Made by a program: the position numbers and the translations under genes. Below, piece by piece: positions 28,101 through 41,161 of a stretch of 64,000 nucleotides of DNA (position 1 is the first letter of the stretch; every line of letters begins with the position of its first letter). The DNA lies in assembly GCA_003427395.1 (NCBI GenBank), contig BFEA01000018.1:2187722-2251721 (forward strand), given 5' to 3'. The notes beneath the pieces were generated by a model, which made no database searches, was not told where the DNA came from, and was given only the letters and a program-made list of their open reading frames with translations. Source of the DNA: Chara braunii. Its lineage: Eukaryota > Plantae > Charophyceae.

Positions 28101-30781
28101 AAAGGCGTTTTCGAGTGCCCTCTCGAAACGATGTTTTCGCCCAGCCTGCAGCGTTGGAGTTTCCTTGATACCGCCCCTCTGCGCTCGAGTTCGACGTCCA
28201 TTTCGAGAGTTGTCAGGCCGTTTTTCGTGATGCTGCCCGTCCGCGCTAGAGTTCGTCCATTTCGAGAGGCCGGTCTAGTGTGCTATGTGGCGAAGGGCCA
28301 TTTTCTCTCGAAAACCGGCCTCTCGAAAAATCCTGACAGCTCTCGAATATTTTCGAGATTCGAGAGTGGTGTGGCGAGGCCCTCAATCGGGTAACTCTTG
28401 GAACCCGATCGAGAGCTGTCAGAAGGCACGCTGTAATGCCACGCTCGAAACGTCGAGAGTCGCCCGCCTGCAAAACACAAATTCGCAAGTGTGCTCGGGA
28501 GTTGCCCGCGGACCGGCTCGTTTTTCGAGAGTGGGTCTCCTATCCTGGCGGCCAGACCAGCCTGGCGTTGTCCCGTAGCTAGTAGTACAGGTCTTCTGTC
28601 GAGTCCAACGACGCCCGGGGTTTTGAGAGTGCATCTAGTGTAACATGTTCTGCAGTAAGTGCAGCACTGCCAGGTATTTCGAGAGTCTCAACTCTATGAC
28701 AACGCTAGGCGAACTCTCGAAATATTTTGAGAGTCCAGAGTAGTGCACCGAGGCCCATAATCGAGTTTGAAATCCGAATCCAATATATGCCTCGCAGCGT
28801 TGCCACGGCGGGTTTGCTTGTTATGCTCAATTTTAATATGGTCAGATTTGATGGATTAAGTGTGATGTGATTGATCTGCACTGGTGTGTCCCAAGCGATG
28901 CACAGACATATCAAGCGTTCGAATCCGCTTGGATACCTGTTCAACAAACGCAAGAGTTCAAATCCATGTGGATTCCTGTGCACAGAATGACAAGGACTCC
29001 GGATTCCTGTGCAGGAAATGACAAGGACACCGCGTGGATTGTAATTTGTGGGGGCTGATTTTTAGGTTCAGGCCCTGCTGCCACGGGGAGGTCATTTTCT
29101 GTTGTCCTTTCTTGTGCCGTTTTCTGGGCTTCCAATTTCTAATCATTTGCATCTGACATCAATGACCTCGAGGAAGATGCCACTGAAACGGAAATCTTCT
29201 CAAGGCGCCGCTACAGAATGGCTGTTCATCATTGATTTATAATTCCATATCGTCTAGAGAGTGTGTTCCCAACCGGATGAGACGGATGGTTGCAGAAATG
29301 GGTTGGGACAACCCGTGACATCCTCAGGTCTCGAGCAGTTGACCTTCTAGTTAGCAGTCTTTGGCGTGTAGAGCTCTGCCCTGGCGAGGTGCAGAGCTTT
29401 AGAGAACGTAAAAAAGTGGGGCCACATGTTACAAGCCCAACGGACGAGGGATTCATTAGTATTGTCACGTGCATTTCCACAGTCGAAAGAAAAAAGAAAA
29501 AACCTGAGTAAATTGGAAGGAAGTTGCTTGGCTATATCACAGGAAAAGGAGGCTACTGATGTCATCATCAGCCTATAACCTGGACACGCGCATAGTCGTG
29601 AGTTGTGCGCAACTGGTCTACATGATGTCGCCTGACCCGCCAGTGCGAGAACGAAGTTCAGTGCACTCACAGAATCTGACTGCTGTTAATGTACATGTTG
29701 AGGTGGGTGAATAGTAGAATACCACTGAATAGGGTATTTCATTAATGCGATGAAACAGCAGAGGATGGATAATATCTTAAACCGCTAGTACATGGCCCCA
29801 GCCTTGCAGAAAGTTTTTGTCGCCACAAGCAAAACTCGGAGGCGCCGCGCGGCCAGGCCCGCAGTTGAAAAAAAAAATTGGCGGCCTCCGAAGTGGTGCG
29901 GGTTTCATGCTGACACCCAGGGGCCTATATGTGGTGTACTGGTGCTTTAAACCGCCAATACCTTTCTCATATGTGGGCTGCGGGCCTGACTTTGCCCTGT
30001 GCACCACAGAAAGACTGAGCAATGCGGATGTATGTGGTGGCCGCCGCCAGTCGTTTCGCGGTGGCCCTGCCCTTCCGTGTTAACCGCTGCGCTTTTGTTT
30101 TTCAATGTTTTTCAAGCGGGGAAAGGTACTGGTGGTTTCAATAGTCCTATGCTTGTCCCATGAAGCAGCGCAGAATAAGGATGATCTCTGAAATAGTCCT
30201 ATATAAATGCCATGAAGCAGCAGAGGAAGGATAACCTTGTAAATTCTAAGCACCAAGTCAACCTGGTGCCTTTTTTTTTTCAATAAACCAGTCAGTACAT
30301 GTTATCTGTGCGCACAGGTACAGCAGTAGTTTCGGTTATCAGTGAACCTCATGCACCTGGTCTGTGCACAAGTACAACTGCAGTAGTTCCCCTTCGTGAA
30401 TGGCCTGCATGCGAGAGAACTGGAAAACGTTATGGAAATATATGGAAAAGAAAGTGCCTCACGGCATAGAATTGCACACTGAGGTGTGTGAAAGAACTGG
30501 AACAGGGGTTGACTTTTTTCTCCCCTTTCGTAGTGCCACAAATCATCACAAACAATCGATAAAACAAAAAGATACAGTTAGGTGTGTCGTATTCGTTATA
30601 CACTGTATACAGTGTATACACTTAAAACAAGCATGACTGTGCCAGACTGTTTCGTCGGACTTTCACCGACTCATCAGGAGGTTGAACCCTGACAGTCTGC
30701 CCAGGAAGCATTTGAGTGATGGAAGGACTCACCACATCGCTCAGAGTTAGTGATACCCCTGAGAAAAGTGGTCGACTCTGG

Positions 30782-30819
<38 letters not shown>

Positions 30820-32764
30820 ACACCACGTGACTACAAGATGTGCAGTGGTGTAGGTTTTACGGAGTACCGGCCATTTTTCTTGGATGAGTCTTGATGAAAA
30901 AAGCGGAGGATGTCCTGTGTGTCAGTGTTTCTTTGATACCGGTGTTAGACTTCAGTTGTTTTCAGTGTCCATGAAAGCCAAGGCCGTCAGTGGAAGCTGT
31001 CAGGCTCATAAGGAGAGATGATGCCAATGAAAGAAAGCAATGGAGGGAGTACCCCTCCTAGAACTTCAACAGAAGGGGCAGTACAAGGTCCTAGCTGGCC
31101 GCAAAATCTTGTACTGTCATTTCAATTGATTGCCATCATCTTGTTACTGAAATTTCAATATTCTTGTTTTTGCTCTCCTTTTACGCTAGCAGTCTGATGT
31201 ACCTGTCACTGTAGAATCATGGAGGAGTTTCTCTCCATCCCCCACCCACCACCCCTCGCCCAAGCGCCCCCTCCCCCCGTGCCTTTATTTTTTGAAATGC
31301 GAACCATGTGTTCATTCTTGAGAGACTGTGCTAAATGTTCTCTTTACGATTTTATAATTTTTATTGGGTTTCCCGTTCGGATAGTTCGTTTTATTTCTAA
31401 TAACCACCAGAGGAAGGGCATCAGCACACCACTCACGAAATGAAAAACATTGCGAGCGCATCTTCCTGCAGAAGGTGGCTGTATTCATGCGAGTTCTCGC
31501 AGCAGGCAGCTGTGTTCATCAGTTACTATTCATAGCAATGGATGTTTTTTGGCAACTTCTGCGGGAAGATGCACTGGCGTTGTTTTTCGTTTCGTGAGTG
31601 GTGTGGCGGGACCCGAAGTCACGGTTCTCTCTGTGTTTTTTGCGACTTCCTCAACTGCATTGGCATTGAAGATTCCTGGTCGTTGCGATGTTCCTCGACT
31701 GCGAAGTGGGGTTGCCAGTTCACGAAAGAATCAGACTGAAAGTGTGGAGGATGCCAATCCCTCTGATCTCTCAGGAATTTCCTTTCCTTCCCATGTTTAT
31801 CTAACTCAGTGAGCTCTATATAGTTCTCAAGGCCCTGTGCGACACGCACTTGGACCTATTATCGTCTACATGTGGCTAGGGGTTGCACTGGACAGTTAGA
31901 GGCTTATTGCATCTGTCAGGGGAGGGCACAATGGTGCCACTCACCCTGGACCTGCAACTGTTCCCACTGTAGAACAGAGCTGGTTCTCGGTGCCACTGTC
32001 AGCATTCATACCCCTACTTGCTGTCGGTAAGAGCTTGGCATGTGGCTATTGGACACTGCTGGCAGCAGCTGGGTTCAGCTGAGGCTCCGATCGATTCTGG
32101 GGATATCATCTGTTGGTAAGTTGGGGCGATGCCCCTGAGAGGATCTGATAGCAAGCGGGGGCTGATGCCGTTGAGTGCTGTATGAGCAAAGGATTAGCAA
32201 AAAATCAAGCCAAAAAAGAAAACAGAAAAAGAAGTCACAGCTGATCCTGCGAACTCTCTCTTGCTAGTTTCTTTTTCTCTTTTTTGTCGTTTCTTTTCCT
32301 TCTTCTTCCTCTTCTTCTTTTTATTTCATTTAGCTTCTCCCCTGAAGTCTCAGCTCAGTCTCTCTGAACTTTGTATCACTACGGATTGCTTCTTAGGACC
32401 AGGATGTACCAGGTGGTTCCTCCAGTTGGTTGAGAGTCTTGAGACTCTTGAGAGGTGATTAAATGTGTAGACCCCCTGAAATTTCGCATGACCGTTGATT
32501 ACTTGTGTAATGAGCCCCTAGCAGAAGGAAGCTTGGTGAACGAGAACCCAAGCACGTCACTGCTTGGCTATGTAGGCCCGACCTGCCTGCCAGAAGTGAC
32601 AACCCTTCAAGGGAAATCCCAGATTTTGAGAGTGGAAGGGGTCCAGGTACAAAGAGAATGGTCCAGGTAAAATGGCAGCCACCCTTTTACGATGAGTATG
32701 GGGCCCCTTGTCAGCAGTCCCATCCAATCTTTTTGTACTGTGCGAGACTCGTCATGCTAGATAA

Positions 32765-32801
<37 letters not shown>

Positions 32802-35800
32802 NTTTTTTTTTTTTTTTAAATTTAATTCAGCTACATTCTTCTCTCAATTTCACCTCACACTACCTATACCTACCATTACTCCTAATTATAGTCATACAGG
32901 GAACCCCGAAGCAGCCAGAACCGTGTTCACGAGAGAACATGCAGGGGCTGCTCCCGACCTGCAGGTGGGCGATACCAGCCAGAGGACAGCCGGTAGCATC
33001 AGGGACCATGCCAACAGGACCAACCCCTGTGCCTCCCCTCAGGTCCCCCTCCCTACGAACATCAGCAGACTCTGCTCAATGCCGATCGGGGGATCCAGTG
33101 GTCTATCTCTAGGTGGCGGGCGTCACGCATGCCCAGTTAGTTACGCACCTATTTCCAAAAAAGCTTTTTTTGGAATTGAGGTGACGTCATGTTCTGGAAG
33201 CCGGCCGCCACAAGTTGGTTAAACCACCAGTCCCTCCAAGCCTCTTTTTCCCTACCCGGATTTTCTGCTCCGTGCCAAAAAAAAGAAAACAAACGGTTCT
33301 AGACTTCTAATGCAGAATATTTTCTATATTTTCTATATTTTCTTTTTGTAGACTGAGCACCTGTTAACCCACTGTATGGAAACAAAATATCTGCGAAAGG
33401 CACTGGTGGTTTGAATGGGAACCCCCCCTTGTTCAGCCTGTAGGTTTTTGGATTGGTGGATTGGTGGCAAGTTTAGCTTAAAAAATGTTTTGTCAACTTT
33501 TGGGGGGTTTTGTTTTAGAAGCGGGATGAGGAAACACTGAAAAATTAGGTCTATGTTAACCACTTGGATCCTCGAATCCACTTGCCAGCCAAATACTCAC
33601 CGTCTCTCCTCTTCATTTCCCACTTCTTTCCTCCCTAGGGGATGATGGTTTGCCACTGGTAGACTGGCTTGATATAATGTATTATGAATTTATAATCCCA
33701 TTGACCTATTCTTTCATTATTCTGACTTAATATTTTTACGAGGGCCCACTTTCACTGCTTCTCTCCTGCCCAGAAGACGCCAAGCCGGTTGCCAGAGGCT
33801 CCCAGCCTTGGTTTTCCCAATGCGGACTTCTCATGCCCCTAACAAACCGGACTCACGGCGGTGTGCGATCTGCGTTGTACCGCCAGCTTTTTTCTTTCTT
33901 TCTCATTTATTTATCAAAGAAGATTAAAAATGAATTAAGTTTTTCTTGTTTTCCTTGTTTTTTTTTTGTGACGATATATATATATATCGTCATATATATA
34001 TATTGTGACGATATATATATAGAGGGTTCAGCCTCCTGATGAGTCGGTGAAACTCCGACGAAACAGTTTGTCACAGCCCCTCGTTTGTTGTCCTCTCGTC
34101 ACAAACAGAACTGCCCGGTAAACCGTAGGCAGAGAGAGAGAAGAGGACAACAAATGAGGGGCTGTGACAAACTGTTTCGTCGGAGTTTTCACCGACTCAT
34201 CAGGAGGCTGAACCCTCAACAGTCTGCAGAATCCCCTCACTGATATATATAGATATATATATATTTGACGATATATATGACGATATATATATCTATATAT
34301 ATATATGCCTAGGGTTTACCGGTCAGTTCTGTTTGTGACGATATATATACGCCCGGGCCATGCTAATCTTCTCTGTATCAAACATATGGACCATTTCTCG
34401 ATTTATGCGTGTAATGGGCACACCGACCTCTTCCATGGGCCTGTCTTAACCAGAAGGGGTAGACAAGGAGGTTGCACTTCCCACGTACGGGTTTGGCGGG
34501 CACTTGCTCAATTCATTCGGCCGCCAAAAAATAGTTTTGGCAATGTACATTTCACCGTTTTAACATGGAGGCCGTGCTTTCAGTGTACCAGCCAGCAGCA
34601 GTCAAGTCAGTACATGACCTCCGGGTTAACCCGCGCTACAGTAAAATTGGCCTGCTAGCAGTGGTGGTTTTTAACTTTTTGGATTCACCAGACGTCTTCC
34701 ACCTCAACATGTCCGAAGTCTGAACGGGCATTGTGGCACAGGTTGTTTCGGCAGTGTACACCTCGTTTGCCTGAAAGGGACCGTTCATCGCAGGTTGAAG
34801 GCTGGTTTAGCTGAGGCAAGGCAGTCACACAGCCGGCAAGAGTGAGAAGGGCACAGTGCGATCGGATCACTGTTTCCCACTCACGAGTTCTTGATCAGGC
34901 CTTAGCGAAGATGAATTTGCTGACCAGCGGGTCTGATCTGACCAGAGCTATGAATATGTAAGATTGGTGCTATGGGCCTTTGCTCTTGAAGTTTTAAACT
35001 GTGCGTTTCAGTTGCTGTGGTAGCAGAGCCCAAAGAGGGGCTAAGATGGGAGAAACACATACCATTTGGGCTTTGAAGTTTTGAACTGCTCGGTAATGTG
35101 CACCGTAGATTGTATAAGAGAAATCACATCTGGTAGCTTGCGAGCTGAAGCTCCCATCAAGGGTAGTGGTAGTGCGGCTTTTTCTAAAGTCTGGCCAAAG
35201 CAGTAGTGGTGTGCGAGCTAAGCATTGCTTTCTAACCCTGCCTGCCTGATTCTGGTTCAGTCTGCTCCTTCCTCTGCAGGAAGGAATGACCAGGCTGTTA
35301 TAGGGACACCAGCCCCTCCTCCCATTCGAAACTTCCAAACGGAACATATCAGAGGGCAGTCTCCGTAACGACATGGAGAAGGGGACACAGATGGTGGTCC
35401 CTGATTGGGCTAGCCATTAATGATCCTATGGTCCAGCTGATGATGTCGAATAACCATCTGCTGCTGCTGGGGATGTAGGTCCGTGCAATGCACATACTAT
35501 CCTATTTTTGGTAGGGAGTTGATTACGTGTGATGGAGATTGTCCAGGAATCCCCTGTTGTCATCACGACGACTGCTGTGCTTGCAATCAGCCATCTGATA
35601 TTCAGTGTGCGGCTAAGAAGTCCAGCGCTTTTGTCTGACTGGATGTGATTGCAATGCACCCATGGTCGATTTGATGATGCCGGCTCATCATCTGGCTTGT
35701 GCAGACGAACGGGTTGGTGGAATGCACAAGCAATTCTTTTTTGGAGACAGGAGTTGGGAAATTGTGGCAGCGATCGCACATGAAACCACCCTCATTATCA

Positions 35801-37337
35801 CCACCACCAATGCTCTTGTTCTCAGAAGCATCTGGTATTCGATATGTGGCTGAGAGATGAGATGAGGTGCAACACTTACGAATCCCGCCGCAAAATAGGA
35901 GGAGATGGGGAGTGCTCGCCATCATTAAGGCTGTTGTGGTGGAGGTACTGCTGTGCAACCCTTGGGAGTCCTGACACGTCGTACCAGCAAAGTGCTTATC
36001 ATGATGATTAGAGCTGTGGTTTTCAAAGGGCAGTTATTGCAAACGTGGTTTTGCAACTTTGCTATTGTTTCTGGCCCTGTCTGCCTTTTCATCTCTTTCC
36101 GCCTTTTCGTACTGCTCTCGTTTCTGCTCCTCCTTCCGTCCTTCCCGACCTCTTCCACTTGTGATGAACACTCCATTACTCCTGAAAATTTCACACTAGT
36201 GAGGTGTTGAAATACAGACCGTGTTCAAATCCGGATGCAACCAGATGACCCGAATGAAGTCATTCTGAATTACCTGCACCGAACAAAAGCATTCTGAATC
36301 ACCTGGGTCTGTCAGTTCAATGATAAATCTCAAGGCGGTTGCCCTTTTTACTTCTTTTTTTTCTTTTTTTCTTTTTTTCAGTTCAGAGAAGGAACATGTA
36401 TCGGCTTTGTGTTCATGATCCGTGGTGCTGTCGGTTCAGGCTGAAGAAGCACTTTGCTTTTTGATATGATGATGGGAGAATGAATTGCGTGCAACAATGA
36501 TTTAGCCAACGTTTCTCACTTTCTAAAGGGCACTTTCTAAAGGGCCTCGCCACACGCCACATGAAACGCAAACGAAACGAGTCCATCTGCCCAAGGAAGG
36601 TGGCAAAATACACTCGTTACTATTTATAGCAAACCGATGAACCTGGCCATTTTCTGGCTGAAGATGCACTCCGTTTCGTTTTTCATTTCGTGTGCCGTGC
36701 AGCGACACCGAAAGTCTTCTCCGACATATGTTTGTAACGCCTCTTTCGTTTCATGTCTGGTAACTGGCCACTTTTTTTTTTTTTCCTAATTAAGCTCCAG
36801 AGGGACTTTTCGTGGCAGTGTAGTGTGGCTGTAACGTCTCCTCTAGATTTATTTGTGAGCTATACCAATTGTGCCAGGTGTCAACTTTCTGCTACTGCGA
36901 GACCCTCAACTCGGGCATAAATCTTTTGTCGCATGAAATTCATTTCGTTTCCTGAACGGGCGTGGCGAAATCAGACTAGATATAATCGATGGCGCTCTGC
37001 TTTAGGGACTCACAGCCATGCAATCCGTGATAAGGTCACATCAGAAACTTGGTCGAAGAGCTTGTCACGGAATCACCCCTTCTTTCCGGATAATCATTAC
37101 AAGCACTTTGCATCACTCAATTGTTTGCCCTTTCTGTAGAAAAGCCCGAACAAGTGGAGGTGAGGAACTTGCAAGATTGAAGGCAAGAGCTACCGATCAG
37201 GACCGCCTGACAGCTCCCCCCCTCCCCCTCTCTGTCCTCTTGTACTCTCTCTCTCTCTCTCTCTCTCCCCCCNNNNNNNNNNNNNNNNNNNNNNNNNNNN
37301 NNNNNNNNNNNNNNNNNNNNNNNNNNNNNNNNNNNNN

Positions 37338-37374
<37 letters not shown>

Positions 37375-39069
37375 GGTGTGTGTGTGTATCCATCTCTCTT
37401 TCTCCCGGTCTTCTCCCCCTCCCAACGGCTGCCCACAGCATATGGGCTCAACCTGAGAGCAGCCTTGTGTTGAATGGTGTAGTGCTTTGGATAGCTAGGC
37501 GGGGCACTGGCGGTTTAATGAACGTACAGCAGTGTCATGTCTGCTGGTTGTAGAAGTGAGTTGCTCCTGTGGGTTGTGGGTGGAGCAGGATAATGCCTCC
37601 GAAAGAAAAGGTGGAGTCTACAGCAACATCCTGCCTGTTGCCTGTTTCAAAGCAGATCCTAGTGTACCTGGCCGGTAGAGAGGGGGTAATGGGCGTCACT
37701 CCACCACTCTCGATTTGCTCTTTCTTGAGTGGTACTCTGCTCACCTTACTCTCGTTTGAAAGCTCTTGAATGTTGCTCAAGAGCTGTCAAAAAGATCCCT
37801 TCAAGTTGGCTGTCTCCTGTTCACTCGAGTCAGGCTGCGCTCAAAACTCAAGGGACCGGCATCGGTTTTCGAGAGTCTGCTGCACGTTGAGACCGAGCTG
37901 TGAAGTTCTCTCTTTCCATGCTGACTCTTGATTCATTCTTGATTTTCGGGTCGAATCAAGAGTGGTTGAGTGAGGCCCAATGCCTCGGAAAGAAGGGTGG
38001 AGGCCGTTTTCCGTTGTTTTGCTCGCCGCCAAAACTTTGCTTCTCGATCTCTGTATCCTATATGCCAATCAGATGCAAAATTAAGATCGCCTTATCCAGG
38101 TTTCCTGATTAAGGTTGAAGGCCTGTCTGGAGTGATTGCTCAACTGTCGAGCATAAGTTTAGCTACACAGGCCTGCAGTTTGTTTGTTGGCGTTTTTTTT
38201 TTTTTTTTTTGGGGGGGGGGGGGGGGGAAGGAGGGGGGGGGGAACGGCCAGTCCTTTTGTTATATACGTTGGCCTCTTGTTGGAGGGGTGAATGGGTTAT
38301 GCTCACCCCACAGTATCCATCAGTAGAAAGCCTGGTATTCTCTCTCCCACCCTCCGCCCCCTTTTTTTTTTCCCCCTTTGATGCTGTGGCTTCAAATTCA
38401 CGGCTTCAGAACGCTGTTGGAAGGCACATTTCACATTTGCCTGGAGCGTCATTTTGTAGCCACCACTTCTTCTTTTTTCCAGTGAAGCGAAGCGTCTGGG
38501 GCAAGAGGTCACACTAGCAGAAACTGCTGAATCTGGGCACAAAAGCAGTTCAATCTCGATTTTCTGCACCTTTCCACAACCACGTCCAGATTCAGGCATC
38601 AATCCAATCCCTCTCTGTGCGGGGGACCTCTCCGCTGAGATGCACTTGAATTGAGGTGTCTGCTGGGCCCAGGAATTGTTTGCCTCTTCGCAGGAATTCG
38701 GGCGGGCTCAAGAATATAAGTAGCAGCAAAATGAAATCATAGGATAGTATTGTGGATTCGGACCGATGGATTGGGATGAAATTTTCGTTGGATTCCTCCC
38801 GAGTCTTCCGTCTTATTATGGATTCAGTGGCCCTTCGAGATCATTTGGGGTTGCCTTACCAATCAATGTAGGAGCAGTGAGAAGGCAAGTCTTGTTTTTT
38901 TTTTCCCCTTTTCTTTTAGTCTGGCTAGGGAGAAGGTGTTGGGATGTTCGGATCCAGATCTGGATGTCTGAGCCGGAGAACCTTATGCTTTCAATGGCCC
39001 TTTGAGAATCATTTGACATCGCCTTGGCAGTATGGCTAGGTGTTACGGCAGGCCCCTTGAGAATCTTTT

Positions 39070-39103
<34 letters not shown>

Positions 39104-39799
39104 TTAATCCTTAATGTGGCTTAGGTTTACACGCCGCCCTTGAGAATCTTTTTTTTTTTTTTTTTTTTTTTGTTACAGCAGGCGTTGGGATGTTCGGATC
39201 CAGATCTGGATATCTGGGCCGGACAACGTGTTTGTCAGAGGGTGTGCACCACAGAAGCTTTTCCTTTTCTTCCAATTTTTTAAGGAGGGCGATGGCGTTG
39301 AGATATCATCATTGAACTGGCCCTTTGAGATAATTTGAGGTTCTTTTCGTTTTTGCTTGAGATCATTTGAGGTTGCTGTACCAACGTAGTCGCAGTGAAA
39401 AGGGTGGTCTTATTTTCTTTTCTTTTTTTAGATTAAAAATTTTTAACTTTTTTTTTTTTGCTAGGTGTTCGCCAGGTGTTGGAATTTTCGCATCCACATC
39501 TGGATGTCTGGGCCAGACAACCAGCCAGGAACATGTTTGTCAGGATGTGCGAAATTGGAAGTCTCGACAAAGACGATTCCAGGACCCCTTGGAGTGTGAA
39601 CACTTTCGACAACCCCTTTTGACGGCCCACTTTCACCCCATCCGAACCCCTGGGACTGTGAACATGGTTTCTGCGAACGGACTCGTGTTTGGGTTCCATT
39701 GAACATGTACTGTATAACCTTTCTGGTTCTGACTGGACGCGACTTCTCCATGTGGCATTTATAACTTGTCCGGGTCTCTGACCAGGTTGCCTAGGACCT

Positions 39800-39852
<53 letters not shown>

Positions 39853-41122
39853 CGTGCGCACGTGCGCGCCCCCCTCTTCTTTAGGAACAGGCTCTCCACC
39901 TTCCCCCCACCCTTATGCTCAGTGCCGCCCCACATAGCACACCCCTAGCTTCTCGATTAACGTTTGAGGGAGAAACACCACTCCCTCTTCTCTCCATTCT
40001 GGCCCCTCCGTTGCCCTTCATAGCCTCGCACGAAACCTGAGGAATGATGCTTGATTTGGTTAGACTTGGGATGTCGGCTAGTTTAGGAATGTGCACAATG
40101 ATCCGGTCTAGTGGTGTTTCTCGACAACAATCGATGAAGGCAGTCTGAAAGCATGTGAGGTCCAACTTGCAATCTTCGCTCTTGGGACCAATCAGTACTT
40201 GAAACGGAAGAGTTCAATCAACTTCAATGTCTCCAATCGGAATGGGCCACATAGGTATGAAAGCAGCGGTTACTATCCTTATTGGGGTGTGATGGCCGTG
40301 TAAATGAGGTGGGTGTGGTGGCCCTCTGAATGAGGTGGGCAATAGGAATTGGAAAACAACTGTGAGTTGGACCTCACCTCCGCCATGGATTGTTTGTGGG
40401 CCCAGTTCTGGGTCAGTGAAGCCCCTGATAAATGTCTGTGAAAGCCTCCCATTTCTTGTTCTTCTCGCCCTTTCTAGCTGTGTGCAGTTCGTGGCTACGT
40501 GGGCCCACAATTTACAATGCATCACAGAAACGGAGCAACGGATCGCAGAAACGGAGCACCGGACCTTCTCAGATATTGGTGGTTTAAATAGACCACTTGA
40601 TGGCTTGCAATCATAGAAATGGAGCATCTCTCGAAAGAGCAAAAAGAAAGCAATGGAGCGTTTCTTCGTCCAGTTATAGGAAAGTGTGTCCTTTCTGTGG
40701 TGGCCCCCTTTTTGCAGACCGGACTGTTTAATGGGGGGCTTGGGTCAGGTTGTAAGAAGTTCCCTGAATCATCCCAAGTTTTCATCAATCGTCAATGTAT
40801 TCCAATTATAAGGGACGCTGGGCCCGGTTCCCAGCACATGCTGGATTGGAGCATTCTAGAAAAGGGGAAAAAAAAATGAAAAATATATAAAAAAGGTTGT
40901 AACTTGTAAAGCCTCCTTGTTGCTAGGAGGATATACAAACTGGGTAGTGAGGGGTCCTACCATCTTAAACCACGAGTGCTTGGCGTATGTATCGGTTGTG
41001 GGCCCTTGTCGTATTTGCACTGCGCCTCCTCGGGACCCCGCCTGCAGGTCCTACCATGCCGGGCAGCCGGCTGTGTGTGTTCAGGCACAAAATTCATGCC
41101 CGACGGAAAGAACTACCCAACT

Positions 41123-41161
<39 letters not shown>

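Noticed and set aside
35700-35800. MULE transposase-like FMCD..FP..CAFH words on the minus strand
   Set aside because: The motifs are in different frames with wrong spacing; too little to support a call.
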